A stretch of DNA of 64,000 bases, from assembly GCA_051294905.1 (NCBI GenBank), contig CM119371.1, positions 22,570,001-22,634,000 on the forward strand, written 5' to 3'. The notes under the pieces are model-generated. The model saw only the letters and a list, made by a program, of their open reading frames with translations, was not told the origin of the DNA and did not search any database. The stretch comes from Botryllus schlosseri. Taxonomy: Eukaryota. This document shows positions 38,445 through 50,781 of the stretch, piece after piece; position 1 is the stretch's first letter; every line of letters starts with the position of its first letter. A program made the position numbers and the translations under genes.

Positions 38445-40324
38445 TAGGCTGGGCAAAATCGAGTACCTGAGTGATTCGATTCAGAATCACGTATTATACT
38501 TCGAGTCGAGTCGAGTATTCGAGTATCACCAGGCCGTGTTATTTTTGGCATTTCAGGAGCCAGATGCCAAAACTGCCAAAAATAAAAATTTGAAAATGCC
38601 AAAAATAAGCAATTTTTGGCATATGCCAAAAATAACACGGCCTGCCAAATAGTGTATTTCGTTCATGGTGTTGTGTTACCAGGACCGCGTTACAAGCGAG
38701 AAGAGCGTTTGTGAAAGGCAGGTTTCTTAATCAGCGTTCAGCCCACCCATTAGGGGTGAAAGCATGGTGTCCTAAATGGTGTGGGCACAGCGAGATTGAA
38801 CAACTGACTTCATTTGGTTTACGTCATACTTTCCACTTGTCCAAAGGCAATTTTACGACCATTTTTGACCGGCTTGTCGAGCGCTAAATATGATAAAACG
38901 GGTATCAATGAGAAGCTGCCGCAGTACTGATTATTAAAATATAAATTATATTCTGCTCATGGAACTGGAACCCCCAAAATCAACCACGATTTTTGCATTG
39001 TGATGGAGTTGAACATTGTGACGCAACAAACTGTCTGGCTATTTCTGAGCGGCATAGTCTCGTTTTGCCAGACAGTCTTGTTACGTCAATGTTTTTAAAA
39101 AAGCTATAACCTTCCCAGGACTCTTCCATGCGAGTTGGTAATATTAAAGCCACCTAAAGTGACAAAAGTCCTCTGAAAATATATCGGTAGACTGAAGGAG
39201 AAATGATAGTCGGGCTACTAAATAGAATGTGTTGAGATAGACAACACAGGAAACGCCTGGAAAAGGATCGGGAAGAAAATTCTTTCCGCGAGGAGATCGA
39301 TGGCACTGGCGAAGTGAACTCTTTTCATGATGCATGGAAGCCGGTTCGGCCCTCCAAAGATTTTGAAGCTCTGAAAACCTTTTGTGGATGACTGGCAATA
39401 TTTTTTCCCTCAACGGCTACTGTTGAAATCGATATTTCCCAGATTCGCTGGGCGAGAAATGAATTTAGGAGAAACTTAGCTGACCTGAGTTTAGAAACAC
39501 TGTTACAGTGCAAACGATTTAAGTCCATTCAACAGCTGTAACAATCAGCTGTTGAGCGTGTTTGTTAGGCTTTTTTTTCTTTTTTTTTGCTGATTGGCAC
39601 CGATGGATACTGCACATTTTGTGGTTTATTTTGATATTATTAACTTATGAAATCGTTAGGTTTTTTCTTCTTCTTATTGTTTGTTGGCACTGATTTTACG
39701 TGGATGCTGCACATTATGTGGTGTCTTGTGACAAACTAGCCCAAAAAAAGCGTTTCTGTGACTAATTCGAGGCTGAAACTATCTATTTAGAGGACGATGC
39801 CAAAACTGCCAAAAATAAAAATCGAAAAATGCCAAAAATAAGTTATTTTTGGCAGTTTTGGCATATGCCAAAAATAACACGGCCTGAGTATCACTGATTA
39901 TGACGTAATAATGGTGTATAAAATTTCATGCTTCAAATATTTACCTTTTATGCTACCACAAAGAATATTATGCCTGTAATCCGTCACATTACCGATACTT
40001 TCGTATTATTTCGACTCAGCCGATTTCATTTCACTTTGTAACAATGTTGTGGGAGGATCATGACTTCGGAAATATGTTATTTCCAGTAAAGTTCGTAGCT
40101 TTGTACCATGATTCGTATGCTACGATACGCCCTATCAAGGTTTCAAGGCTTCCACAGTGTAAAATGGTATCGAAACCATAATTCTCGGCGATAAAATAAC
40201 TTTCAGTGGCGAGGGGCGTAAACTTCAGCCTACTCGAAAAAATCGTATTTTGCTACTCGACTCGAATCATTAAAGTAATTACTCGATTCAGATTCGAGTA
40301 CTCGAATCGTTGTGCCCAGCCCTA
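38445..40324 (+). mobile_element. hAT MITE (tagggctgggca family) split by a nested element
   Basis: Same family as 17857-18326; perfect 8-bp TSD cttataga. Confidence 0.9.
38530..39886 (+). mobile_element. 1.35-kb non-autonomous hAT element, copy 2
   Basis: Highly similar to 11275-12628; perfect 8-bp TSD agtatcac. Confidence 0.93.
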
Positions 40325-41658
40325 CTTATAGATAAGAATTCCACTGTATCGACCTGTATCAATCGTTTGATGCTGATATTCGTGTTCTCCAGCCATTGAT
40401 AAAATTTTCGCCGTTTGTATCGGTTCGCTGCATCGGAAAAACTTACAGGCACCTTGTCGACAAACTCAAATCATCATAGAAAACTGACGCAACACGCGAA
40501 ACACTGAAACACGTGACCGTGTGGTTGGACAACGTGATAACGTTTGATATTTAGTTCGTTTCGTGAGCAGATATGGTAAATTCCATAGCTGGAAATCCGA
40601 GCGCAAAAACATATGAAAGCTAGTCCAAATAAATGCTAGTGTCTATTTCTGTCATTATTATTGGAATCGGTCAGGGCGCTGGGACTCCCCAGAATAGCCT
40701 GAACATTCGAAAATATGGGAATTAGGGCGGTGCAATACAATGACAAATTGCTCCAATAGTCCAGATAAATGCAGACTGTTACCCCCAACAGCGATTTCTT
40801 GGAGCCACAGTGCCCCCAGATACGGAATCAATAACCCGCTGCGCCTCTGCTTTGTTTGTTTTGTTTAGGGGTATATTCATGGTGTTTGTCGACTACTATT
40901 GTTATTTACACCAGACCAATATTCTCCATTTTCATTCCGTAACTGCCGACCTGTAGCACGGCCCACTTCTTGGCTTTTTGTAAGACACCGCTTATGCGCA
41001 TGAGATGGCGTGGAGGAGCCTAGATAAAACTCCAATACTTAGGTAGGAATTCTGGACACCACCTGGTTTGGACTGGAACGCGCAACCCATTGGTGATGTG
41101 GCTGCGGATTGTACCACTACGCTATCACCCAACCCTGCGCCCCAGTGATTAAATAGTAAATTGCGTGGAATAGTTGCTCCACATGCCCGGCCCCTGCGGA
41201 AATTTTCATCTATACTCGCAGACAATACAACTATTTACATTTACCGAATCGGCGAGGAAGTAGCTTTCATGCGAAATAAGTTTTTCTAAATTTTGAACTC
41301 GGGTCGTCGGGCATAGCATTGCTACAGCTGTTTACGTCGGAAACGGAAATTGCTAGTGGTGTCCGGTTTCCCAACCAATCAGTCACATGTTTAGCATCTA
41401 TTCGATGGTAAGCATTCTATTTTCTAGCACGTCCTAAAGATGTGAATATAACGTCATATAAATGGTGGACGTGATATCTTGAAATAATAAAATTCACCGT
41501 TCTGAGCTCATAACGGTGTGTGTATTTCGTAGAGTTCATGACCTTTGATAATTTGTTGACTCTTAGTTCCTAGCCGTTTCCCAGATAACATTCAGGTGTA
41601 AAGAATATGATTTAACGCTAATATGTTGAAATGATTCACATTGTAACAAACTTATAAT

Positions 41659-41921
41659 CAGAGGTGGTCAGTAACGAAGTACTTATACTTTTTGAAGTAC
41701 TTGAAGTATATTTTGCATACTCACACTACTTTTTAAGTAGTTATGATTTTAGACTACTACTTTTACTTGACAGTTTTCAGTTTTGCATGCAAAAATAAGC
41801 GTAGAATACCTACTTACTTACTTACTTGTGAACCACCACTCCTACTTCTACTCGAGTAGAAATTCCGGCGTTACTTCTACTTTTACTTGAGTAGCGACGG
41901 TGACTACTTTGACCACCTCTG
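41659..41921 (+). mobile_element. hAT MITE with tactt repeats
   Basis: TIRs cagaggtggtca / tgaccacctctg; perfect 8-bp TSD cttataat. Confidence 0.92.
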
Positions 41922-42158
41922 CTTATAATATGGATGCTTGTATGCGTATCAGGGCATCCCTCTTACCTGTTACAAACGGAAGAGGCACTTCTACCAGCGC
42001 AAATGGAAAGTTTCATTTGGTTCTGGGTGTCATCTGAAACCTTGGGGACGTGACAACAATCCCATCTACTAAATTTTTCAATATATTAGTTGAATAAATC
42101 CATTTAGTTAACATACCCAAATAAATGAAACTGAATATCGATTTATTATTTCAATTAG

Positions 42159-42998
42159 AATGGATCAAGCTGTCGGACACAATCAAGATAGAGAAAAACA
42201 ACCCTCTTAAAAAAGGCACAATGATCTTCAGGGGCAAGAAAAAATTCTTGAATGGATGGCATGACATGGCGATCAAATTAATTCCTCACGACCAAACAAG
42301 TTTTAAAGAAGTAGAATTCCTATTGAAGCTCGGACAACATTCTAATGTGATTCTCGTTTATGACGCGGACGTGTACCGTCAGGCCTTGACATCTTATATA
42401 TACATTGTAATGGAATTTTGTCCCCAAACGCTGAAAGATTACATCGACGGATGCAAAGGGAAAAAAATTGACTTCGTAAGAAATTGGTCTTACGCGAAAC
42501 AACTCGTGGAGGGTGTTGCGTATATTCACAAGCACAATATCGTGCATCGCGATATCAAACTGGAAAATATACTTTTGACGAAGTGTGGTGACTATCTTCG
42601 GGTCGCGGATTTCGGTATTAGCAAGCAGATGAAGGAAGATCAATCCGTAGCCAACATCACCTCGCGAGGAATGGGAAGTGAAGGATTCCAAGCACCGGAA
42701 ATGTTAAAAAAGTGTCCCACGGCCTCTTTTTACTCAGATGCTTATTCAATCGGCATCGTCCTCAGCCTTCTTTTTTCTAATGGATATCACCCTTTTGGTT
42801 CCGATCAAAACAGATGGCGTACAAATATAATCGATCAAAAAGGACTTGACCTTTCCCATATTGTAGTTTTCGACAAACCATACACCACAAAGAGAACGGA
42901 ATTGATAACACTTATCAAGCTAATCCTAATTCGCAACTCGCGTAACCGCCCTCGTCCTGCGGATATGCTGGGCAATCCATTCTTCGAGAGACCCACAG
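42159..42998 (+). CDS. Ser/Thr protein kinase domain exon, IRE1-like family
   Basis: 840-nt phase 1-1 exon (ttcaattag| ... |gtgagt). Intact AIK, alphaC-Glu, HSNVI, VMEFC, HRDIKLEN, DFG, GSEGFQAPE, SDAYSIG, IRE1-type GYHPFG, and RP...L.NPFF. Gly-rich loop is degenerate (LKKGTMIFRG). Confidence 0.92.
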
Positions 42999-43711
42999 GT
43001 GAGTCATTCCGATTGCGTAAAGTTCCTCCGTGGAATGAAATCATGATAATGCGGGTAAGTCAACTGATCCCTGACCTTGGTCACAGAATATTTATCGATC
43101 AGAAATTATGCCGCGAAAATATTACGGTTCGGAACCACCTGCCTAAAGCAATCTGGAGATTTCTCTTTCGTGTTTAAAAATTTCGTCAGTGAACTGAAAC
43201 GTATATATTTCTGGTTTGTTGGCCACTTATAATATTTCCAAGAAAGCAAGGTACATACCATAATTACGGAATTCTAATTTTGTCGAAACTTGGGCCCTGG
43301 GGGATGGTGAATCGTTTCTGCGTACTCCCTAAAGATCACCATAACGTGCTCGTGACGTTCTTACAACATCCTCTTTATTTATCCATTCAAAACGGGTACC
43401 ATCTTGATTCAATCCTAAACTCATGCGGACCAAAACGTAGTGTCCGAGTATTACACCAGTGGTTCTCAACTGTAGGTGTCGATTGGACTGCTCAGGGGTG
43501 CCGCGAGAAAATGAGCTAAAATTATTTCCGATGACATAAAACAAGAGGGACTGTGCGTTCAAATTATGATCCGGTGTCAAATCCATGTTAGAAGTATTTT
43601 ATACAGTTTGACAGCAGCCATCCCCCCCCCCCCCCCACCCCCCACCCCCAACCATCCACCGTATTTGAAGTGCAGTGTACAGATTTTCACTAAAAAATAT
43701 ATAGGTATACA

Positions 43712-44502
43712 CAGGGTTGCCATCGACATGGACCAAAAAAAGGACAGTCGAAAAATTAGATAAGCATTTAAAAGCGTTTTCGTACGTACTGTGTATTTAT
43801 ACGAGGCGTGGCATATCATTCTTCATACTTTCGCCAGAGACAATCTGCTGCAGCAACTCCTCGTTATCAGGAAGCTTTTCATTGATCTCACGACCGCTCA
43901 GGTCTAGGTTTACCTTCACTCAGGGCCGAAACAGCACTTCGTCACCCCCACCCCCCTAAAAAAAAGCTTCTTCACCTCGCTGTGATTGGAGGCGTCAGCC
44001 AATATGGGAAAAGGCTGTACACCAAGTACAGCCAAAATCATTTTTGTCTGTATGGAGCAATATCTCCAGTAACAAGGCTTGTAGTCTTGGTCCTGGCAGA
44101 AGCAAACTACTTGCGATGTTATAATCGGGGAATATTGCGATGTGCAGTCGTTGATGAGGAATGATTGCTGGTTTTTGTCAGCATGGATTCCATGAAATGG
44201 AATGGTAATCCCAAGCTATCCTCAGCAGCAGCTGACACACTTCTTGTGTTTTGGGGTATCAATATATGTTGAAATAGCGGTCTTTTTCATATCGCCTCCA
44301 GGTCAATGACACAATTGCAAATATTGCAACTCAGATATCAGAGGAAAATGATCGAAGTTCTATAGTTGTAAAAATAAGACAAAATAAGGACGCAAGTCAA
44401 AAACAAGGACATTTCTTAGAAATAACGACGGTTGAGTTTTCCAAGACGTAGCTCTTCAAAATAAGGACAAATCTTAGACATAAGGACGATATGGCAACCC
44501 TG
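43712..44502. mobile_element. Old hAT-type element with aaggac repeats
   Basis: Inverted termini cagggttgccat / atggcaaccctg; TSD not conserved. Confidence 0.6.
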
Positions 44503-45863
44503 GATGATTTTGTGATATCGAAGTGACTCCTCCCTTCTTAAACCTTAGCGAAATTTCTGGTAAAATTTTGTTCACTCTTGCAATTTCGCGGTCCGATCAA
44601 GGCATAAAATAAATTTTAGATAATTAGCAGCCAATATGAACATGAAGAAATTATATCTCAAGATGCCAAGGTGGTTCAGAAGAATCAAGTATAGGAATAT
44701 TGGAAATGAATTGATGCCATGCTTTACACACAAATATACCATGACCCAGTGGTTATCAACGTTTTTGTCATTGCGGAACCCCTTTAAACCGTCACGGACC
44801 ATAAGGAACCACCCCTTCTCTAATGTTTAGTTGAACTGTACATCAATCATCGTGCAATCGTTATCTGCCATGTGTAAATATAAACTGTAGACTAGTGATA
44901 AAGATCCACAAAATGACTTTTATTGAAAATAACATTATACTATATACGTAAAACTCGGGAAGTCTTTCTGTAGCGAATTCTGACGCAGAATTTCTTTAAA
45001 TACGCGGTCGTCTTGCTTGAAAATCCACGCCGTCGAATTGATATGAACGGGTGACGAAAATCCATTTCCACAATAATAGGTGTTGACGAATGTAATATTC
45101 AACCATAACGCTTCAGGCGACAATTTTGGGCATGATATATATGGCACGAACATTGACAAACGAAACATAAAACATGCAGCCTAGTCATTTATATCTAGCT
45201 GATCTTCTTGAAGTTACTTTGGAACAGCGGTTATTTATATCACAGGGGAAAATGGATTTTGGAAAACCTATTTTTTTGAAAACCCTAGCGAAACATCTCT
45301 AAACAGCAATATGTTTGTATCAGCAGGCTATTTACTAATAGATGGGTTCTCAACTTTTCATGTATAACGGGCTTCCATTTGACAACTGAAGACGCTGCGG
45401 GTCGCACTACAATATATTACTTCACTGTATGTGCCAGTCGCGTTACTGTAACTGTTTTCGTAATAGATGCCTATATCACTTTGAACTGTCCTCACCTTGG
45501 AAGATTCAGTTTTATATGAGAAGTCCGGCGATTTGGGATCATTTCTGTGCAAACCAATCAACCATTTCTCCTTTCCTATCATGGATGGAGCCCTGAACCA
45601 ATAATTACAGGAGTCAGCTTTGTCAAATTGATGTTTTTCGCTGGCCCCCTTCCCGTGTTTGCTCTGCCAACAACTCCTCTGCAAATGTGTCCAGTCGAAT
45701 GAAATGCACCCAGATTATCAAGTATGCAATGTATGCGGAGATGCTAGGCTAAAGTAGCCTACGCGACGACGTGTTTCAGAAACTGCGATAAAAGATAGAC
45801 TGACATATCTGTTACTCTTCGGGTCACGGTTTAATCAGACAACAGCACCTTGCAATCTGTCAG

Positions 45864-45911
45864 GTGATGTTGTCCTTGCTACCAGTTCCGGAAATAGCGA
45901 AAATTCGCACG
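45864..45911 (+). CDS. Candidate 48-nt linker exon of the kinase gene
   Basis: tctgtcag| ... |gtgtgt, open, phase 1-1: GDVVLATSSGNSENSH. Confidence 0.3.
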
Positions 45912-46000
45912 GTGTGTCAAAGTATTAATAACATCAGACCTTCTCCAGCAGATTAATTGGCTTTAGCGAAATACCAAGCAATTTTGAACCATGTGTCTGT

Positions 46001-46241
46001 ACCGAGCGAGATAGTGTAATGGTTATGCGTCCAGCTTCTCGAGCGGTCGGTCGTGGGTTCGATCCAAAGACTCGAAAATTGGTATCCACAGCTTTCCTGC
46101 TATGCGCTCAGCAATCACGGATAGCATGAAATAAACGGGGGCGCAGACTAGATGACCTCATGGGGCCGCATCGCAACTCCGTCGTCAAAGCATCTCGATG
46201 GTGCAGGCGAAAAAGAATATCATATCTCTCTCTCTCTCTCT
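46001..46241 (+). mobile_element. tRNA-derived SINE (family 2; central region resembles the MetaSINE domain) with CR1-like tail
   Basis: A-box tagtgtaatgg, B-box ggttcgatcc, central ccaaagactcgaaaattggtatccacagctttcctgct..gcgctcagca, tail cagactagatgacct plus (ct)n; possible TSD tctgta. Confidence 0.8.
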
Positions 46242-47607
46242 GTAACTTTGTCGGCTATTTTAACAATCACTCGAAATAGGTATTACAGCTAGCTACGTTT
46301 TTCTAATATTACGTGGATATGTATTTTTGACTGCAGATGAAACTGTCGTGATACCATTTTGAGCTATGCTAAGCTCCGTTACGACAACTGTTCTTCGAGA
46401 AATACACATAGGTTTTCCATTTACATATGATAAAACAAAGACATTGTCCCACAGACCTGATTTCATCGTTTAATATCCCTTACTCTGTTCTTGTTTCTGT
46501 TCAAACCAGTTGCGGCGAGTGAAACACTATTGGAAAGTGTACTACGCAGCGAAATCCTCTTAACCGGACCCTAGACGAATACCGATTATTATCAAAACAA
46601 CAACAGTCTAAACTCAAGCATTTCAAGAAACCAAAACACATCAAAGAATGAGCAATCGGTAAACAAAACAGAGACGGTACGACAAGAGAGCTATGTAACT
46701 AAATTAATCAGTTACAGTACCGTATCATGAGTAAATGAGTTCATAATAAAGATGTTGCGGGCCGCAGGCGCAATTATCAATGAAATACTCAAATAACTGC
46801 GCTTCTACTAGTTGGGATTGATTCAAATTTGTTTTGTGTGGTTTTTGAAAACAACTCAACAATTTCATGGGGTTGATTGGAAAATTTGATTTTTTTTATT
46901 TCAAGTGCTGAATTAAGAATTTTAATTGGCTCTGCGGCCGCTTAGAACCGTTGGAATCGAACCGAAATTTGGTGTGCAGCCTTTGTTATGGTCACCTGAC
47001 AATTTAATCAGTGAATGGCAGGAATCCGAAAAGTTATTTTTAAACTTCGCTAATGTAAATGTTCATTTACATACTCTCGACTCGCCACAACATGTGTGCG
47101 CATCACACAACATAAGTAATCAAACGTCAAACATCAATAATTACGATACTATATTCGAATCGAAGAGTGGTGATTATCGTCCGTCTTCTGAAATGCAATA
47201 TTATCTGTTGATGAACAGACATGATGCATGACCGTGATACTCCAAATTACACTACTGTGTCTAGTATAGTGACTGGGCGCGGGAATAGCTCGTTACACAA
47301 CGGCGATAAATAATTAAGATGTGAAAAAGCTTAGTGGAGTTTACAAATCAGCATGAATTAACATGAATTTTTTTACATTAGGCAATCCTTAGTCTGTCTT
47401 AGTGGAGTTTACAAATCCACATGAATCCACATGATTTTTTACGATGGAGAGTGTTATGGCAATCCTTATTCTATCTTCGTGTGTAAGTGTAATTGTGAGT
47501 ATTCGGATACCAGGGCATAATTGTTTCGCTGAATATTCGTTGCACGCCACATCTCATGTAGTAGCCTAATTAGTAATAATTTCTCTTATGCAATATTGAT
47601 TTTGAAG

Positions 47608-47800
47608 GGGCTGCATACGGAATACACGGAAATCGGACTACGGAGTTGACATCTTCGACAGGGAAGAATAAAATCATGTACGAAATAGAGGAGCTTTACA
47701 GCCTTCGTGACTCGCCTTTGTCGAAGGCACGTCCACCGAATCTAGAAGAAATCATGAAAGCAACGGAACCGGCGAACCCCGAGCGGAACAGAAAAAGTCG
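47608..47800 (+). CDS. Exon encoding a 4E-BP-like eIF4E-binding motif
   Basis: ttttgaag| ... |gtaaat, open in phase 1: GAAYGIHGNRTTELTSSTGKNKIMYEIEELYSLRDSPLSKARPPNLEEIMKATEPANPERNRKS. Has YxxxxL-phi followed by RDSPLSK..P..L as in 4E-BPs. Not in the ORF track. Confidence 0.7.
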
Positions 47801-49876
47801 GTAAATATTGACTTCCTCACTTTCAGCACATGTTTATCAAATGAAGTAACGTAAATAAACCTATAATTAGGGCTGGACCGACCCGAGCACTCGAATTCGA
47901 ATCGAGTAACGATAATCGATATGATCGAATAACGATAAATACGCTCTTCACACTAAGGTTAGATATCACACAGTTGAACTGATTTAAGTACCGATGATGA
48001 TCGCAGTTTTCCAGACTAAAAAAAGCCATGATTATGAATCCTGGTTGATAGTAACGTCTCAACTTGGGGCCATTATTCATGCTAGAGATTTGCCCAACCT
48101 GGCAGTAATTATTTCTCCTTCACAGTAAATTGATAGTATACCATGAAGTTTATCCTTACCTTCCAGTGCATTCTTATAAAATATGTTACCATACTGACAT
48201 GGTAAAAAAGATTTTTCGTACAGTAATTTCGCACCTTTGTCGTACCAAGCAACACACATTTGAGTTGGCAGAGATTCCTTGCCTCGGTGTCATAGCAGGG
48301 CGCCATAAAATTGCGAGAAAATATTTACGTTTCGCCGATGACTATAGTTGGAAAGCCTTGCGTCTTGAAGCGTAGTAAGCCTAGTATACTACCGACATAT
48401 CTCAATATATATTGATGGTATTCATCAAGTACCACAGAAATAGGATAAACTTGTGGATCCAAAAGTTGATGCTAGAAGCCCCTGGTGGAATTGGTGGTCC
48501 GGAGTAGGGGGAGGCGGTAATGTACTGAAGAATTCTGTTTGGGAAACAATAAAATTGATAACTCTTTGCTCCATGAAAATGTATATATATATATATGAAT
48601 ATGTGATGACGTCGTCCGTGGTCGACTGGTCGTGCAAGGCGCACTCAATCGGAAATCTATACAAACTCATCAGATTCTCATTGCTGTGCAACAATAGTAA
48701 TTCAACCTAACAATCGCCAATGAACTCATATAAGACCATTGCGTCAATAGTGGCACCTTTCAGCGACGACAGCAGCGCAACGCACGATCCCACAGAAACT
48801 TTGTGTCAAGTGCATTTAGCCTTCAGGCAGCAATGTTAGCTTTCGCATAAATGATTTTCTGCGCCGCTTAAAGCTTTTGGACGATTTTTTTTAAATTTTC
48901 AGGTAAATACAGAACGGAGAACAGCTGATAAGTCCGAATCCGAATTGGTGCCAGATTCGTACTTTTTCAGATACGCCCGGAGTACGTGGGTGTAAGGTGT
49001 GGGATTTATCCAGATACAGGGTGGATATTGCCAGAATAGTTTTATTTGTGGTCGGAGCCGGATTGGATCAAGATTCCTACTTTTTCTGATATGTCCGCAC
49101 TCCGCAGTCATATTGGAGTGGACCAGGGAATTCGTCGATCTGTACAGTACTGGTTCCCACAGTTATGTTGCTGTTTTATCAAGGGAAATTGCCCATTCAA
49201 CTCTCGCTGCGTTTGAGGAATTACTGTGCGCTTTCGGCCCCCTTCGTGTGTGTGTTAGACAGTAATACAATATACAGGATTTGATGAATCGTTCGGTATC
49301 GAAATACTGCATATTACAAACCTGAAACTCCGTGCGGTTTGCACGATCAGTGCCAATTACTTCAGTGTAGAGCAGTTTTATTCATTAAACACGGACAGTT
49401 GGCTACGGTATTTCTGTATGACCATGAAACGTACAACTGATTTCCCCTTAATTCGGATAAAACCGTTTTCTCCGTCAAAAGTGAGCAGTACCAAAATATC
49501 CGGTATATGCGGAGTGGACCTCATGGCATACCTTATTCTTAATGTAAAGCTGTATTAGATAGTCTTTCGTATTCTTGCATATGTGTGTGATAATCAGTGC
49601 GTCAGTGGAAACGGCCTACCAATAGTTTAATCTCCAGCTTTCTAATTAACTGCCATTTCGTCGTTAGACTGATGAAAGTTTGACGAAACTTATCACTTGC
49701 AATGGGATGAACTGGACTAATGAAGGAATCTAATCCATTATTAGGTAGCAGAATATATCATATTAGCTATAGTCATATGTATTCAAGGTAACAACTACTA
49801 CGCTATAGTTACAAAGGGAACCAAACGTAACATTATCCTTATTCCATCAGTCTCCGTGCGTATACAAGGCCTATAC

Positions 49877-50781
49877 TAGGGATGGTGTGAACGTGACACG
49901 TTCGCGTTCTGTGTGTGAACCTCGGACATTTTGAGGTTCACGTTCGCAAACGAACCTTGATAGGTTCTGCACTGTGAACCTTTTTCATGTATTACAATTT
50001 TCGCTTCATTATAACATCTTTGGTTAAAAATTTATTGCGTTTCAACTGCGGGCCACTTTATGCATGGCGCTGGCAGCATGTAAATCAACACTAAACGAGC
50101 ATGCACATAATCACACAGCATCAAGCGTGAAATACACTGCATGTAGGTAGTCAGCGAAAGGTGCTTATTCAACTAATCAATGAAATTGATATCGTTGTCT
50201 TATGTAAAAAATCCAGCCGGCATACGGGGTCGATCTTGATTTCATATGTTTATTGTATCATAAACACCAATTCCGTGCGATTGGGGTGTTGGCTACTGCT
50301 ATATAACTTGTTTAAGGGGTTATATCGGTAGCAAGTACAGAATCCCGTTTCACACTCTGCTCAATATCAACGTAGCAATACTCAGACGCCGAATACAATG
50401 TCCGGTCTGACCTAGACCATTGAGGAGTAAGCTTATATTCCATTGCAAGCCCTCGTCGAAAATGCTGGCAAGGCGACGGAAGATATTGATTTTATCGGAT
50501 CTTTATATCATTTGATTGCCCCATGCAGTTGATACATTTGGAGACGTTTAAAACGTCAATATGTACTTCAGTACTGTGGCATTATGTGGCCCGAGTCATC
50601 GCTAGGTATAGGGTACAATTGTTCATTAATATAGGCCGTCACTTCACTGAAATGTAGGGTTGGGATTAGCAATATGACGTCGCGTGACGTCATGAGGTTC
50701 ACGTTCGCGTTCACACAGAACCTTTCAAAAAGGTTCGCGTTCACACGAATCTGAACCTTTTAGAGGTTCAAACCATCCCTA
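49877..50781 (+). mobile_element. hAT MITE (tagggatggtgtgaac family)
   Basis: TIRs tagggatggt / accatcccta; perfect 8-bp TSD gcctatac. Confidence 0.92.

Noticed and set aside
42159..42998. True IRE1 (ERN1) or RNase L orthologue
   Set aside because: No luminal or transmembrane exons, ankyrin repeats or KEN domain found, and the Gly-loop is degenerate, so no gene symbol is assigned.
42125..43177. 350-aa ORF as a complete single-exon kinase gene
   Set aside because: Both ends are probably intron read-through: acceptor at 42158 and gtgagt donor at 42999 bound the kinase domain.
46001..46075. tRNA gene (also 3069-3135)
   Set aside because: A and B boxes are present but there is no complete cloverleaf, and the sequence continues into a SINE body and tail.
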